Source of the DNA: Octopus sinensis
Lineage: Eukaryota
DNA length: 64,000 nucleotides
NCBI RefSeq assembly: GCF_006345805.1
Contig: NC_043005.1
Span: 55,366,001 to 55,430,000 of the forward strand
Reading direction: 5' to 3'
Part shown: one piece after another, positions 1-12,645 of the stretch
Numbering within the stretch: position 1 is the first letter of the stretch
Layout of the letters: each line of letters begins with the position of its first letter
Translations under genes and position numbers: made by a program
Notes under the pieces: generated by a model
What the model saw: the letters and a program-made list of their open reading frames with translations, nothing else
What the model was told of the DNA's origin: nothing
Databases searched by the model: none

Positions 1-1265
1 TATTTATGTATATAATATGTACACACACATGTATATATATATATATATATATATATAAACATCTATGCATGCATATATATATGTATATATATGAGTGTAT
101 ATATATATAATATTATATTTATATACAGAGAGAGAGGAAGAGGGAGAGATAATTATATCTTCTGGGGGTTTGTTTGTGACAGAGTTGCTGAGCAAAAATA
201 ATTTTTTGAAAAATCAATGTAAGTTTAAATAAGTTTCACAAGAACTAAAATGGAATATTCTGTCATTTAGAATTAACACGAAAGGATTCTTTAGAAGTAG
301 GAATATAACATTGTTGCTTGCCAGAAGACCAATAGCTTAATTCTTAGCTATTTAGACAGTCAGATAGATAAGATTCCATGTTCTGGATATGGAATTGATA
401 TTATTCAATCAATGAATGTCCTGTAGGGTTACAAACAAGGAAGCTGGTTGATTGTGAATCTTTGTTACAGTTGCTGTAGTTCTTGCCAATCTGAAGCCAT
501 CTGACCTAATGGAAAACATCACCTCTATGAACTCCACTGATAATCTAAAGCCAAAGAAGATTCTAGGTTTTCATTTGTTCATCAAATGCTCCCTGGATTT
601 CAAATGAACTTCTTGGTAAAACTGCTCAGAGGGGGCTATAACACAAATGCTAATGGTCTTTACATTAGGATCAGTCACAGGTCAAATCGCATTATCCACA
701 CACACATGCAAACATATACACATACACATACATAGAAATACACACACGTGCATTCTCATATGCAATCACATTTTTACTGACACAAGACTTCCCAAAGGCA
801 ATCAATGCTAAGTTAACAGATAACACTTTATTGATGAGAATTGTGCTGCAGGTAAATTTAACAGGAAATTTTGATTAATTCCTTTTGCCTGATATGAACA
901 AAAGTTTAGCTCTATCTTAGATACCACAAACTCCCATAGCTACTCTCTCTCTTTCTTATTTCAAAACAAACATACGTACACATACACATAATCATCTGAG
1001 TGCATGTGTGTGTATGTACATGAAAGCATGTGCATATATACATACATACATGCATGTATATGGTTGTTATGTTACAGTACAAAGAATTCTGCCAAGAAGA
1101 ATTGAAAAGGATATGGAATACGTATTTTAGAGTTATATTCTATTTATTGTCAGCCGTAAGCTCCATCAGTGTTACTCTGAGTTTCGTATTTCTGAAGATT
1201 GGAAATATATACAGTACACAAAGTTAGAGACATTTACAGCTGACAATAAATAAATAAATAAGGTA

Positions 1266-1430
1266 CAAGTGTGACTGTATGGTAAGAATTTCGCTTCTTC
1301 ACTATATGGTTCTGGGTTCAGTCCCATTGCGTGACACCTTGAGTAAGTGTCTTCCACCATAGCCTCAGGCTGACCAAAGTCTTGCGAGTGGATTTGGTAG
1401 ACAGAAACTGAAAGAGCCCACCATTTCTGT
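1266..1430 (+). mobile_element. SINE family A, tRNA-like head only
   Basis: Matches the head of the fuller copies at 17366 and 25238 (tggtaag...gggttcagtccca...gtgtcttc...ggaaactgaaaga). Confidence 0.75.
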
Positions 1431-1596
1431 TGAAGAGCATAGGCTTGAAATGTCAAAGACTTTTCCATTCTTCACAAGTGTCAAACAAACACACACCTAT
1501 TTGTTTTGTTGTTCCCTCAACTATCTTCATCTTTTGTTTTCTGTATGTTTGACACACACACACATACATATATAAACTCACCAGCATCATATGTCT

Positions 1597-1685
1597 AGCA
1601 GTGGTGGGAGACCAAATACAAACTCACAAATACAAATATACGTGTATAACATATATATATATGTATATGTGTATGTGTGTGTATA

Positions 1686-1716
<31 letters not shown>

Positions 1717-1755
1717 CACTCACATATACATATTTATATATATACACACATACAC

Positions 1756-1840
<85 letters not shown>

Positions 1841-1890
1841 ATATACGTATATCTGTATTTGTGAGTTGTGTTTGGTCTCCCACCACTGCT
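1597..1890. repeat. Foldback palindrome of a SINE A segment around a (TA)n/(CA)n core
   Basis: 1597-1643 agcagtggtgggagaccaaatacaaactcacaaatac is the reverse complement of 1846-1890, and the inner microsatellite variants also mirror. Confidence 0.8.
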
Positions 1891-2213
1891 TGACAACCGA
1901 TGTTGGTGGGTTTATGTTCCTGCAACTTAGTGGTTCAGCAAAAGAGACCATCAGAATAAGTACCAGGTTTTAAAAACATATGTACTGGAGTCAATTTGTT
2001 CAACTACAATGATGGAGCCAAGTAAAATATAAAAGATAAAGGTAAAAAAAAAATAAATAAATTGATATTTGTAAAGGCATGCCTGTGTGGGTAAGAAACT
2101 CATTTTGCAACTACAAGGTTTTGGGTTCAGTCCTACCACACTGGGCCAACCAATGCCTTGTAAGTGAATTGAGAAAATAAATACTATGTAGAAGCCTATA
2201 GCATATATATATG

Positions 2214-3126
2214 CAGGATGGGTGAAAAGTAAGTAGGCATTAAAAATTGGGAATAAGATCCATATTCCTTTTACAAATTTATTGAAACAAATGGTGCATG
2301 TTCTTTATTATAAGGGAAAATGTAAGTAAATCTTCATATTTCAACATAAGCACTGGTGGCGTCAACTAGTTTCCTCAAACAACCATGGATGGAATAAATA
2401 TCCTTCTGAAGGATGTCATCTGGGATATCATTAAGAACTTCCTGAATCTGTGTTTCCAAGTCCTCTAGTGTGCAAGATTTTGTCTCATACATGTCCTCTT
2501 TTGTGTAACTCCACAGGTAAAATATCAAATGGAGTGAGATCTGCACTTCTTGGAGTTCTGGACTTCTGGACTCCTGCAGTCACAGTCTTCAGGTTTTAGC
2601 TCCTACACCTAACAGGGGTTTCCATGGATGGGAATTCAATTCTTTATGTGACACCATATGTACTGCGTATCTTGTTAGTCCACTTTCACGAGCTGCTTGA
2701 CATGTTAATATTGTGAGCTGCAATTAAACATTTCTTGCACTGTTACTATTTTCTCCACTGATCGGGATGTTGTTGGACGGCCACTTCTTCTTGCATCATT
2801 CACAGAGCCCGTGGTCATCAGCTCTTTGCATGACAACTTTTTATTATCTTTGGATGTTGTGTTGCATGCTTACCTTTCTATGCACGCCACCATCTCTGAA
2901 CCAAAACAATGAAATTCCACACTTCATAGCATGCTGCTATCTTAGCTTGCTCCTGAACAGTCGAGTGAATGGACATCTGGAAAATAAGAAATAAGAAGTA
3001 AGGCAAAACCAAAATAAGAAATCTCCATTACTGTTGTCTATTTAAAGAATGTTTTCCTCATGACTTCAGTGATGCTAAAATTTCTATAAGTAATTTCTAA
3101 TGCCTAGTTACTTTCCAGCCACCCTG
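2214..3126 (-). mobile_element. Internally deleted Tc1/mariner-superfamily DNA transposon
   Basis: ~36 bp imperfect TIRs (caggatgggtgaaaagtaagtaggcatt and the reverse complement of the right end, cagggtggctggaaagtaactaggcatt), with TA at the right flank. The minus-strand remnant FYLWSYTKEDMYETKSCTLEDLETQIQEVLNDIPDDILQK resembles a transposase C-terminus. Confidence 0.85.
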
Positions 3127-3428
3127 TATACATATACATACATACATACATATATATACACATACATTTACATATATACATACATATATATATATAAGGA
3201 TAAGATCGTTAATTTAAAAATAAAACAACGATTTTATCAAGTGGTCAGCATGGAAAAAATAACCTTCAAAGGTAATAATTATTAAAATTATAAATTAGGG
3301 TATCTACGAGATACCACCATGCTGAAAATAGCAGCCATGATCTGACTCTAAAACCACCTTAATTGTCCATATATCAACATGGAGAGAAAACAGAGACAAG
3401 ATGAAACTAATAAAAAATTACTGGATAA

Positions 3429-3485
3429 TTCTAGATCCCGGATTTCTGACTTTGCATTTAGGAATGCTTTGCCTCGTCATTAGAA
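3429..3485 (-). ncRNA. Degenerate type I hammerhead ribozyme (C3 to A)
   Basis: Minus strand: ttcta-atgacga-ggc...gtca-gaaa-tccggga-tc-tagaa. Stem I has 5 perfect bp, stem III is near-palindromic, and the triplet is AUC. Confidence 0.55.
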
Positions 3486-3654
3486 TACACACACATGAGA
3501 AACATGAATACATATATAAGCACAACATATGAATACTTACATATACGAACGTATACCTACATATATATGCACGTCACAGGATGATTTATGGAAAAACAAA
3601 ATGTTGGGGACACACACAAACATCCTAGCTGCTTGCTCAATGTGAAAACATCAT

Positions 3655-3850
3655 CATCATCATCATCATTTCACGTTCATTTTCCATGCTCGTATGGGTT
3701 AGATGGTTTGACTAGTTTAGATGGTTTAAACCGGAGAGATGCATCAGGTTCCAGTGTGATTTTGGCTTGGTTTCCACAGTTGGATGCCCTTCCAAATGCC
3801 AACCACCCTGAGAGTGTAGTGGGTGCCTTTTACATGCCACTGACATGGAT
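3655..3850 (-). mobile_element. RTE-tail SINE-like/3' UTR fragment (family D)
   Basis: (cat)n followed by tttcacgttcattttccatgctcgtatggg...ggatgcccttccaaatgccaacc, homologous to the RTE 3' end at 36638. Confidence 0.75.
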
Positions 3851-4446
3851 TCTATTAGATGTTACCTCACCAGCACTAACCCCAGCAACGATTTCACTTG
3901 CGTTGATGAATCTTCTCAAGCAGAGCAAATTCCCAAAGGTCATGATCATTTGTCATCGCTTCTGTGAGACCCTACATTCGAAGATCATGCTGCTCCACTT
4001 TGGCCCACGTCTTCTTGGCTTTACCTCTTTCACAGGTTCAGAGACAAACACACCCACACATGTACATGCACACACACACAAAAACAGAGTCACACACATA
4101 CACTCACACAAACACACATTCACACACACACACGCAAATACAGTTACCAACACACACTCACACAAACACACATTCACACTCACACACACACACACACACA
4201 AATACAGAGTCACACACGCACACAAACACACATTTACACTCACACACACACACGCGCACATGCACAATGTGTGTAGATATTTTATTCAGGGGAGAGAGAG
4301 TGTGTGTTCTTTGGCAAGTATAGTGACTGAACTAAGGTAATATCTTAAGTGAAGTGAATGGCAATTACTGATTACTGATCAACTAGACTTCACTGAAGTA
4401 AATAACTAGAAATATAATGATACATATCCATACCCAAACACACAAA

Positions 4447-4489
<43 letters not shown>

Positions 4490-5022
4490 ACACAAACATG
4501 CACATAAACATACCTACAAAATTATACACAGGTGCAGGCAAGACACTGTGAGACAGCCTCCTTAATGTAAGTGGCATGATAATATGCACAAATTCATGTA
4601 GAATATTTGGAAGAGTATCCGGGTGTAAAAAAAACTATCTAAGCTTAAATCATGACAGTAAAATCAATAAAAAAAAAATGTAACTGTTACACAGAAATCT
4701 CGCTTTCTCTCACCCCCTCTCTTTCTAGCTATCTATTTATATATATGTGTATATATACATATATATTCACTCACAAGCACACCAATATACACAAGGGAAT
4801 GTGTTTGCATGAAAATATTTAGAGCACACATTACATGTAGTAGAATAAAAGATATAAACTTTAGAGACTAAAAACATATATTTCACATTTCATGGGTATT
4901 TGACAAACTGGTTTTGTTTGACAAACTGGTTTTGCTTGTCAACTGATGAGTGCTTGATATTATCAGCTAAGCATGAAATGTATGATATATTGTCATTGCT
5001 AACAAACTATATATATATATAA

Positions 5023-5074
<52 letters not shown>

Positions 5075-5552
5075 TGAGAGAATATATATATATATATATG
5101 ATAAATAATTAGGCGCGAGCATGGCTGTGTGGTTAGGGAGCTTGCTTCTTAGCTATATGGTTTCGGGTTCAGTCCCACTGCGTGGCACTTTGGGTAGGTG
5201 TCTTCCACTATAGCCCCGAGCTGACCGGAGCTTTGCGATTGAATTTGGTAGGTGGAAGTTACTGCCATGTGTGTATGTGTGCGTATAGCTCCTCAGTGCC
5301 TCTCCGAAAGAGAGAGAGGGAATAATATCTGGGTAAGAAAAATTTTAGAAATTTTTACTACCAGTGGCATAGCGTGGAGAAAAATTAGTCAATAGACTAT
5401 ATATTATTCATATAAATATAGTGTACATATAAACAAGTAAGAGGTATCCATCATAGGATAACTGGCATGCTAGAAGGAATAGCCAAAATCCAAACCGCTA
5501 TTAGGGATAAATTTCGAAGGGAATGAAAAATAAAAACATTTACCATCTATCT

Positions 5553-5622
5553 CCTGGACCATGGTTTCTGACTCTATATTAGCAAATGAAATAATTTGCT
5601 AGGCGAAGTCTTCATCAGCAGG
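5553..5622 (-). ncRNA. Type I hammerhead ribozyme with extended stem II
   Basis: Minus strand: cctg-CTGATGA-agact...tagcaaat(tatttc)atttgcta...agtca-GAAA-ccatgg-TC-cagg. The core is intact, the triplet is GUC, stem III is palindromic, and stem I has 4 bp. Confidence 0.8.
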
Positions 5623-5715
5623 TACACCTAGATTAAACATATAAGTACGAGGCAATTCAGCATATGCCCCATATATTATAATGTTCAAATCCACTGCACA
5701 AGCACAGTTTTCTGT

Positions 5716-5778
<63 letters not shown>

Positions 5779-5861
5779 GTATGTATGTGTGTATGTATGC
5801 ATGTATACATATCTATCTACCTACCTATCTATCTCCTATATATATATATATATACATAAGT

Positions 5862-6198
5862 AAAGACCCCCTTCGGTCATGAGTGACCATGGGTTGCACC
5901 GAGAGAGTTACCCTCTGAGGCACAAGTCTGGGCAAGGTTGTTTTTATGGATGGAAGACCAGTAGTCGCCCATGCATACCGGCCTCCCCTCTCCACGCCGC
6001 CAGTGTTATCCAAGGGAAAGACAAGGGTCGATACAGCTTGGCACCTGTGACGTCGCAACTCATTTCTACAGTGAGTGAACTGGAGCAACGTGAAATAAAG
6101 TGTCTTGCTCAAGAACACAACACGCAGCCGGTCCGGATTCGAGCTCACAACCTCACGATCGTAAGCTCGACGCTCTAACCACTGAGCCATGCGCCTTC
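5862..6198 (-). mobile_element. SINE family B (tRNA-derived), full length
   Basis: Minus strand starts gaaggcgcatggctcagtggttagagcg (A box), then gagctcgaatcc (B box) and the tgtgttcttgagcaagacac body. Homologous copies at 16016 and 23445. Confidence 0.85.
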
Positions 6199-6204
6199 GT
6201 TATA

Positions 6205-6239
<35 letters not shown>

Positions 6240-6273
6240 GTATATATGTGTATATATATATGTGTGTGTATCA

Positions 6274-6338
<65 letters not shown>

Positions 6339-6776
6339 CACACACACACATATATATATATATAATATTTACATACACACACACACACACACATATATAA
6401 TATTTACATACACATAAAAGCACACACATGTATAAATATGTTTTGTGTGATATATATCCACATATTCCAGATGACAGGAACACCATTAGAAAGATTTGTC
6501 TCTTGTCTCAGTTCACAGAGTCTGCCTTTCTGGTTTGCCTTTCTAGTCTCTGTTGCTAAAGAGGAAATAATCACTCTGAAATGCATGCATCAGCTATTCT
6601 GATTAGGGAGCAATGTGAACTGACTCAGTACATTTACACCTGTTTGTCTACAGTGAGAAATTTTCTTCATAGAAAAATATAGTGACTGACTTTCTTATGG
6701 GTTCAAATATGCCTGAAGCATATTTGAACTGGTAAATAGGCTTGTATATATGTGTGTGTTTTGTGTGTTTTGTTGT

Positions 6777-6814
<38 letters not shown>

Positions 6815-6816
<2 letters not shown>

Positions 6817-7258
6817 TATTCTTTTCTTTTTTTCTTTTACTTCTTTCAGTCATTTGACTGCAGCCAGACTGGAGCACTGCCTTGGAGGGTTTTAGTCAAA
6901 CAAATTGACCTCAGGGCATATTTTTTAAGCCTAGCACTTATTATATTGGTTTTTTTTTTGCCAAACTGCTAAGTTACAGGGACATAAACACACCAACACC
7001 AGCTGTCAAGCGGTGATGGGAGGATGAAAACAGACACAGACAGACAGACAAGCAGAAACACACACACGCGCACACACACGCGCACACACACACACGCGCA
7101 CACACACACGCATACACACGATGGGTTGCTTTCAGTTTCTGTCTACCAAATACTATAGCCTGAGGCTATAGTAGAATACACTTGCCCAAGATGCCATGCA
7201 ATGAGACTGAACCTGAAACCATGTGGTTGTGAAGCAAACTTCTCACAGCCACACCTGC
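6815..7258 (-). mobile_element. SINE family A, near full length
   Basis: Reverse complement of the 17366-17767 type, including the internal (CA)n tract. Confidence 0.8.
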
Positions 7259-7773
7259 ACATGTATACATGTGTTTGTGTGCCTTTATCGTGACGCCCCG
7301 CATTGGTTGTAAATAAACATCATCATAATCATCACACAATCAGATGTGTTCTTTTTTTTATTTTCTTGTTTGCAATCTTCCGTGAAAACATGTCCAGCTA
7401 TCTGTACTATTCATGTGTAAAAGACAAGTAGGAATATTACACTGCTTGGGAACAGATGAGATTTAGTGACAGGCAGAGCATCCAACCATGGAAAGAATCT
7501 GCTTCAGTGAATTTTGTCTGGCTCAAAGAAACATGGAAAAGTGAATGTTAAAATGATGAGGATGATGATGATGGGGATAGTGATGATGACGACGATGATG
7601 ATGATGATGATGATGAGTATGCCAGACTGCCAACAACGATGTTATTGGCTCATACCTTGTCTGAGATATGTATATTTATATACATACATTCATATATATG
7701 TGTGTGTGAGTGTGTGTATATATATATATGTATGTATATATATATATTATATATGTACATACATATACATATA

Positions 7774-7825
<52 letters not shown>

Positions 7826-7873
7826 TATATTATATATATATATAGAGAGAGATAGATAGATAGATAGATAGAT

Positions 7874-7924
<51 letters not shown>

Positions 7925-8488
7925 CATACATATATATATGCACACATACATGCATATATGTGTGTGTGTAAGAGAGTGAAACGCTCTTTACTGTTGGCTC
8001 ATTGACCTGATAACCCGATGACCTAATGACCTAGTTGATTTTGTGACTTATCACCTTTGCATATTCAAGTCTGGGGTGTGCAAGTGTACACATGCGTATA
8101 CATACTGATATATTCTTATGTATTTAAATGTGTGCCGTATGTATTAAACTGATCAATAGAAATATGTGGAGAAGACAGCGGTGGGTTTGGTGTGTGAGCG
8201 TGTATATGTGTGTGTGAGTGTGTGTGTGCGTGTGTGTGTGGGCATTTTTGTATGCTTGTAGCTGTGAAGCCTGTCTTAGGTATCTGAGCGGATATTAGCA
8301 TTCTTTGGTGGATATGAAGCAGAAGAAGGAAAGAGTTCTGAGCACACATCCATCCAACCAAATATACATACATACAGATACATACATGCATATATATGTG
8401 TATATATATATATATATACACATATATACACATATATACAAACACACATACAATATAACTATATGCATACACATGCAATATATCTATC

Positions 8489-8531
<43 letters not shown>

Positions 8532-8868
8532 ATATATATATATATATATATGCAAGCTCATATATCTATAAACATACATATATATATATATATACACATA
8601 CATGCTCATATATATATATATATGTATGTATATATATATATATACACATGTACACACACACACATGTAAACAAATATAGATACACACACACATATATACA
8701 CATACACATAGACACACATACCTTAAAATAAAAGCATCAAGGAATATGTAAATAACTCTTCTATAAAAGTCGTATCTTGAATACATTTGAGATGCAACAT
8801 TTATAGATTTATTTACTTATATATTTATGCACACACTATTCACACACATATGTAGATATATGCATACA

Positions 8869-8920
<52 letters not shown>

Positions 8921-8938
8921 TATACATACATAATTATA

Positions 8939-8979
<41 letters not shown>

Positions 8980-9016
8980 CTGTTTTTTATTAAAGCTGCA
9001 AAAACATCACATAGAT

Positions 9017-9054
9017 CTGTGACTCAGAGTTTCACATTTCCGTTCGTCAGAGAG
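9017..9054 (-). ncRNA. Minimal type I hammerhead ribozyme
   Basis: Minus strand: ctct-CTGACGA-acg(gaaa)tgt-GAAA-ctctgag-TC-acag. The core is intact with one stem I mismatch; same family as the 44365/44445 copies. Confidence 0.7.
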
Positions 9055-9188
9055 TTGTTAAATTATTATGGCACATGTAATATATGATTTGATATATTCC
9101 AATTTAACAAATAAGCATTTGAATTTGATTGAGTAATTTATTTTCAAAATATAAATGGTGCTGTATATGCTAATTATTACTTTGTATA

Positions 9189-10027
9189 TCTATTATATAA
9201 AATCCGTTCTGTGTGTGTGTGTGTCTTCTAGGATCTCGGGCATCCTCCATCCGATTGCGCTCAGATTTGATATGTAGATACCGACAGTATCAGGGCGTGT
9301 ATAAATCTTGAAAAAATTACAAAAATCAATTCCAGGTGAGAATACGATCGATAAAGCCGTGGTAACGTGCATTTGTATGTGCAAGTACATCAGGAATGTG
9401 GTTTAAAAGGCTGCGCTCCATTAGCTTTTCCATGCCCTTAAACATCCCGTAAAGTAAGATAGTTTAAAATTAGTTACTTTGTTCCCTAGGTTGTTGCTTT
9501 TTATCAAAAGTTGATCAAAAGTTGATTTCCTAGATGTTTTATCAGATAAAGTTATTGTTGTCCCAGGTACATTCTCATAAATTCATCATGCTTTTCCATC
9601 TAGATTTCCCTCCAGCTAACCCATTTGCATGCATAATTTTTGTACTGCTTTTCTACCATCAACCTGTACATAACTGCACCTTCCATTTTTTGTTGTTTTT
9701 GTACTCCTTAAAGGCACGTTTCTTTCTTGCCAAGCTTACTGTTTAAACCACGTTTGTGTTCTCCCAGTCAACAGCCTTATCATTACTGGTACTTTAAACT
9801 CTTCGGTTGCATATTTGTGTGAATAAAATTGTTTTTGTTTGGAATAGAAAAAAAGTCTATCTTTATTTCTTCTTTTGCTGGTGTCTCAAATTTAGGTTAA
9901 ATCAGTGTTTCTCAAAGGGGAGGCCTATGGGACGTTCGGACAAGTTATTTTGAGAAAATTTGTTTCAAATGTTTGACAACTCAGCACCGTCCATTGGACG
10001 GGTGATGGGGGGGGGGCGTTTTGCTCG
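9189..10027 (+). mobile_element. Putative non-autonomous Helitron
   Basis: Starts A|TCTATTATATAAAATCCGTTCTGTGTG. Subterminal hairpin ccgtcc-att-ggacgg is followed by a CTCG|T end, a variant of CTAG. Confidence 0.45.
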
Positions 10028-10040
10028 TGTATATATATAT

Positions 10041-11192
10041 AAGCTATGGACACCTAAAAGGTGCAGCAACATCAAAAGAAAATTAACAGAGAAGATAGCT
10101 TTCATGTGCGGCAGATACACAGGGATAATAAAGACCACAGATACTCAGAAAACAGATTCCATCGCACGCCAGGGAGAGAAACTAGAAGTAGTTGATAACT
10201 TCTGCTGCCTAGGTGACCAAGTTAGTAGTGGGGGTGGATGTTCAGAGAGTGTTACCACTAGAACAAGAATAGCCTGGGCAAAGTTTAGAAAGCTTTTATC
10301 CCTACTGGTGACAAAGGGCCTCTCGCTCAGAGTGAAAGGCAGATTGCATGTATGCGAACTACCATGCTTCACAACAGGGAAACATGGGCCGTGACTGTGG
10401 AGGACATGCGTAGGGTTGAAAGAAGGGAAGCAAGCATGATCTGCAGGATGTTTAATGTCAGTGTGCACACATGATAGAGTGTAAGTACCTGAGAGAAATG
10501 TTGGACATAAGAAGCATTGGATGTGGCATGCAAGAGAGATGCTTGCATTGGTATGGCCATGTACTACGGATGGATGAGGAAAGATGTGTGAAGAAGTGCC
10601 ACACCCAAACAGTTGAAGGAATCCGGGGTAGAGGTAGACTCAGGAAGACATGGGATGAGGTGGTCAAGCATGACCTTTGAATGTTGGGACTCACAGAGGC
10701 AATGACGAAAGACTGAGAACTCTCGAGATATGCTGTAATTGTGAAGACTTGACAATAAAGTGAGTTCACGGCTGTATTCTACACCAGTTTTGCATAACCA
10801 GCCCTAGCCCATTCAAAAGTACCTTGGATCATAGGAATTCCTGCTGTGCTTACCTTGGATCATAGGGCGACCTTCTGTGCTTGAGGAGACCTGTTGAGAC
10901 AAGTACGTCAACATCAAAATAAAAATCAAATGGAAATTGTTGTTGTCATATCCATGCCGGTGGCATGTAAAAAGCCCCATCTGAACATTGCCGATGCCGG
11001 AGCCACCCTGACTGGCTTCCGTGCTGGTGGCACGTACAAAGCACCAGCCGATCATGGCCATTGTCAGCCCCCTCTGGCCCCTGTGCTGGTGGCATGTAAA
11101 AGCACCCACTACACTCACAGAGTGGTTGGCGTTAGGAAGGGCATCCAGCTGTAGAAACACTGCCAGATCAGACTGGAGCCTGGTGCAGCACG
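10041..11192 (+). mobile_element. Decayed, 5'-truncated RTE LINE (RT C-terminal part plus 3' UTR)
   Basis: Fragments GEKLEVVDNFCCLGDQVSSGGGCSESV...RGRGRLRKTWDEVVKHDL are homologous to the 37703-39096 ORF; several frameshifts. Confidence 0.9.
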
Positions 11193-11598
11193 GATTTTTG
11201 TCAGTGAATAGGTCGCGGAATTTAGCGACGAAAATATTTTGACAAATTAAACTTAAATGTTGAAGTGAATCGAATGGCTTTTGTGTGTTTCTTAAATGGC
11301 TTACAAACACCTTCCACGCTGTAATTGTTTTCGTTTCAGCACATGATCTCAGATCAAATCACTTGCTATGCGAGTACATCTCCGTAATATATATATATAT
11401 ACACAGACATATACATATATATATAATAATAATATGAGGGAATATTATTCCAAACGTACAGGGAAAAATTCAATTTAGAAATACTAAATCAAATTTCACA
11501 AAATATAATATGTATATATAAATTAGAAAAAATCCACCTTTTATCAATTCAATAATGAAAAAAATATATCATACCATTTAGAAAATATGCACACACAC

Positions 11599-11666
<68 letters not shown>

Positions 11667-12332
11667 TATATATATACACACACACATATATATATATATA
11701 CATAATATAATTTTTTTTTAATTTTAAGTTTTAAAACAGCATTATTCCCCATAAATCCACACACATACACACATACATATTCCCATATCTCTATAATACC
11801 CATATCAATGCATAAATATATTTACAGCCAATCAACCACATGAATTAATTGTTACATAACAACACCTCAATTGTTAATGTAATTTCAATTCAATTCTCCC
11901 CTATTTATCAATCTTTCACAGCTTTACTAACAATTTCATAAATTCATAATTTTTGTAACCGTACCAATTTCCATAAAAATTATTTTGACAAAACAAAATG
12001 TTTAATGCTACACATATACACATGTATATTTGCTACCACTTAAATTCATGAATGCATAGTCATGTAATAACTAATAATATTTGAATGTTAATTTCTGATT
12101 ATTCACTTCCTCCCCCTGACATAATAATTCTCATAAATTTATAATTCTTGTAACAATACTTATTTAAAATCAATACTTATTCAGAACAGTATTTAAAATT
12201 TGAAAGATGTTATATCGCACGTTCCGATGACCTCTACTCAACTCTCGACGTCTAGACATCTCCCTCTATATCTACGTATTGGGCCAGTCTACTTCTTTGT
12301 CTGGGGGCGTCCACACAACAAAAGATAGTTGC

Positions 12333-12645
12333 TATATCTGGAACAGTGGAAAGAAAATTTAAATCAAGATATAACAACCATCTTTCGAATTTCAGATACC
12401 ATGATAAGAGACATTCAACAACCCTTTTGGCTTTTATCTGGAAATTTAAACACAAATTTTGACAGCAAATGAAAAATTCACTCCAAATCCATACCTATAT
12501 CAATGAGTACAAAATGTGATCAGTATGTTCTTTTGAAAAATTGTATCTCTTAAAATACTCAAGAACCTCCTATGAATACATAAATTTGAGGAGTGGGAAT
12601 TTTTTTGCAAGTCCGCATTTCAAGAAAAGCATCTTGTCAGAATTT
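12333..12645 (+). pseudogene. Penelope-like element GIY-YIG endonuclease remnant
   Basis: Removing a 1-nt insertion gives YIGTVERKFKSRYNNHLSNFRYHDKRHSTTLLAFIWKFKHK, and later YINEYKM*SVCSFEKLYLL...INLRS. Both fit the Penelope endonuclease pattern. Confidence 0.75.

Noticed and set aside
6100-6198. tRNA gene on the minus strand
   Set aside because: A and B boxes are present, but the stems pair poorly and the sequence runs into a SINE body repeated at 16016 and 23445.
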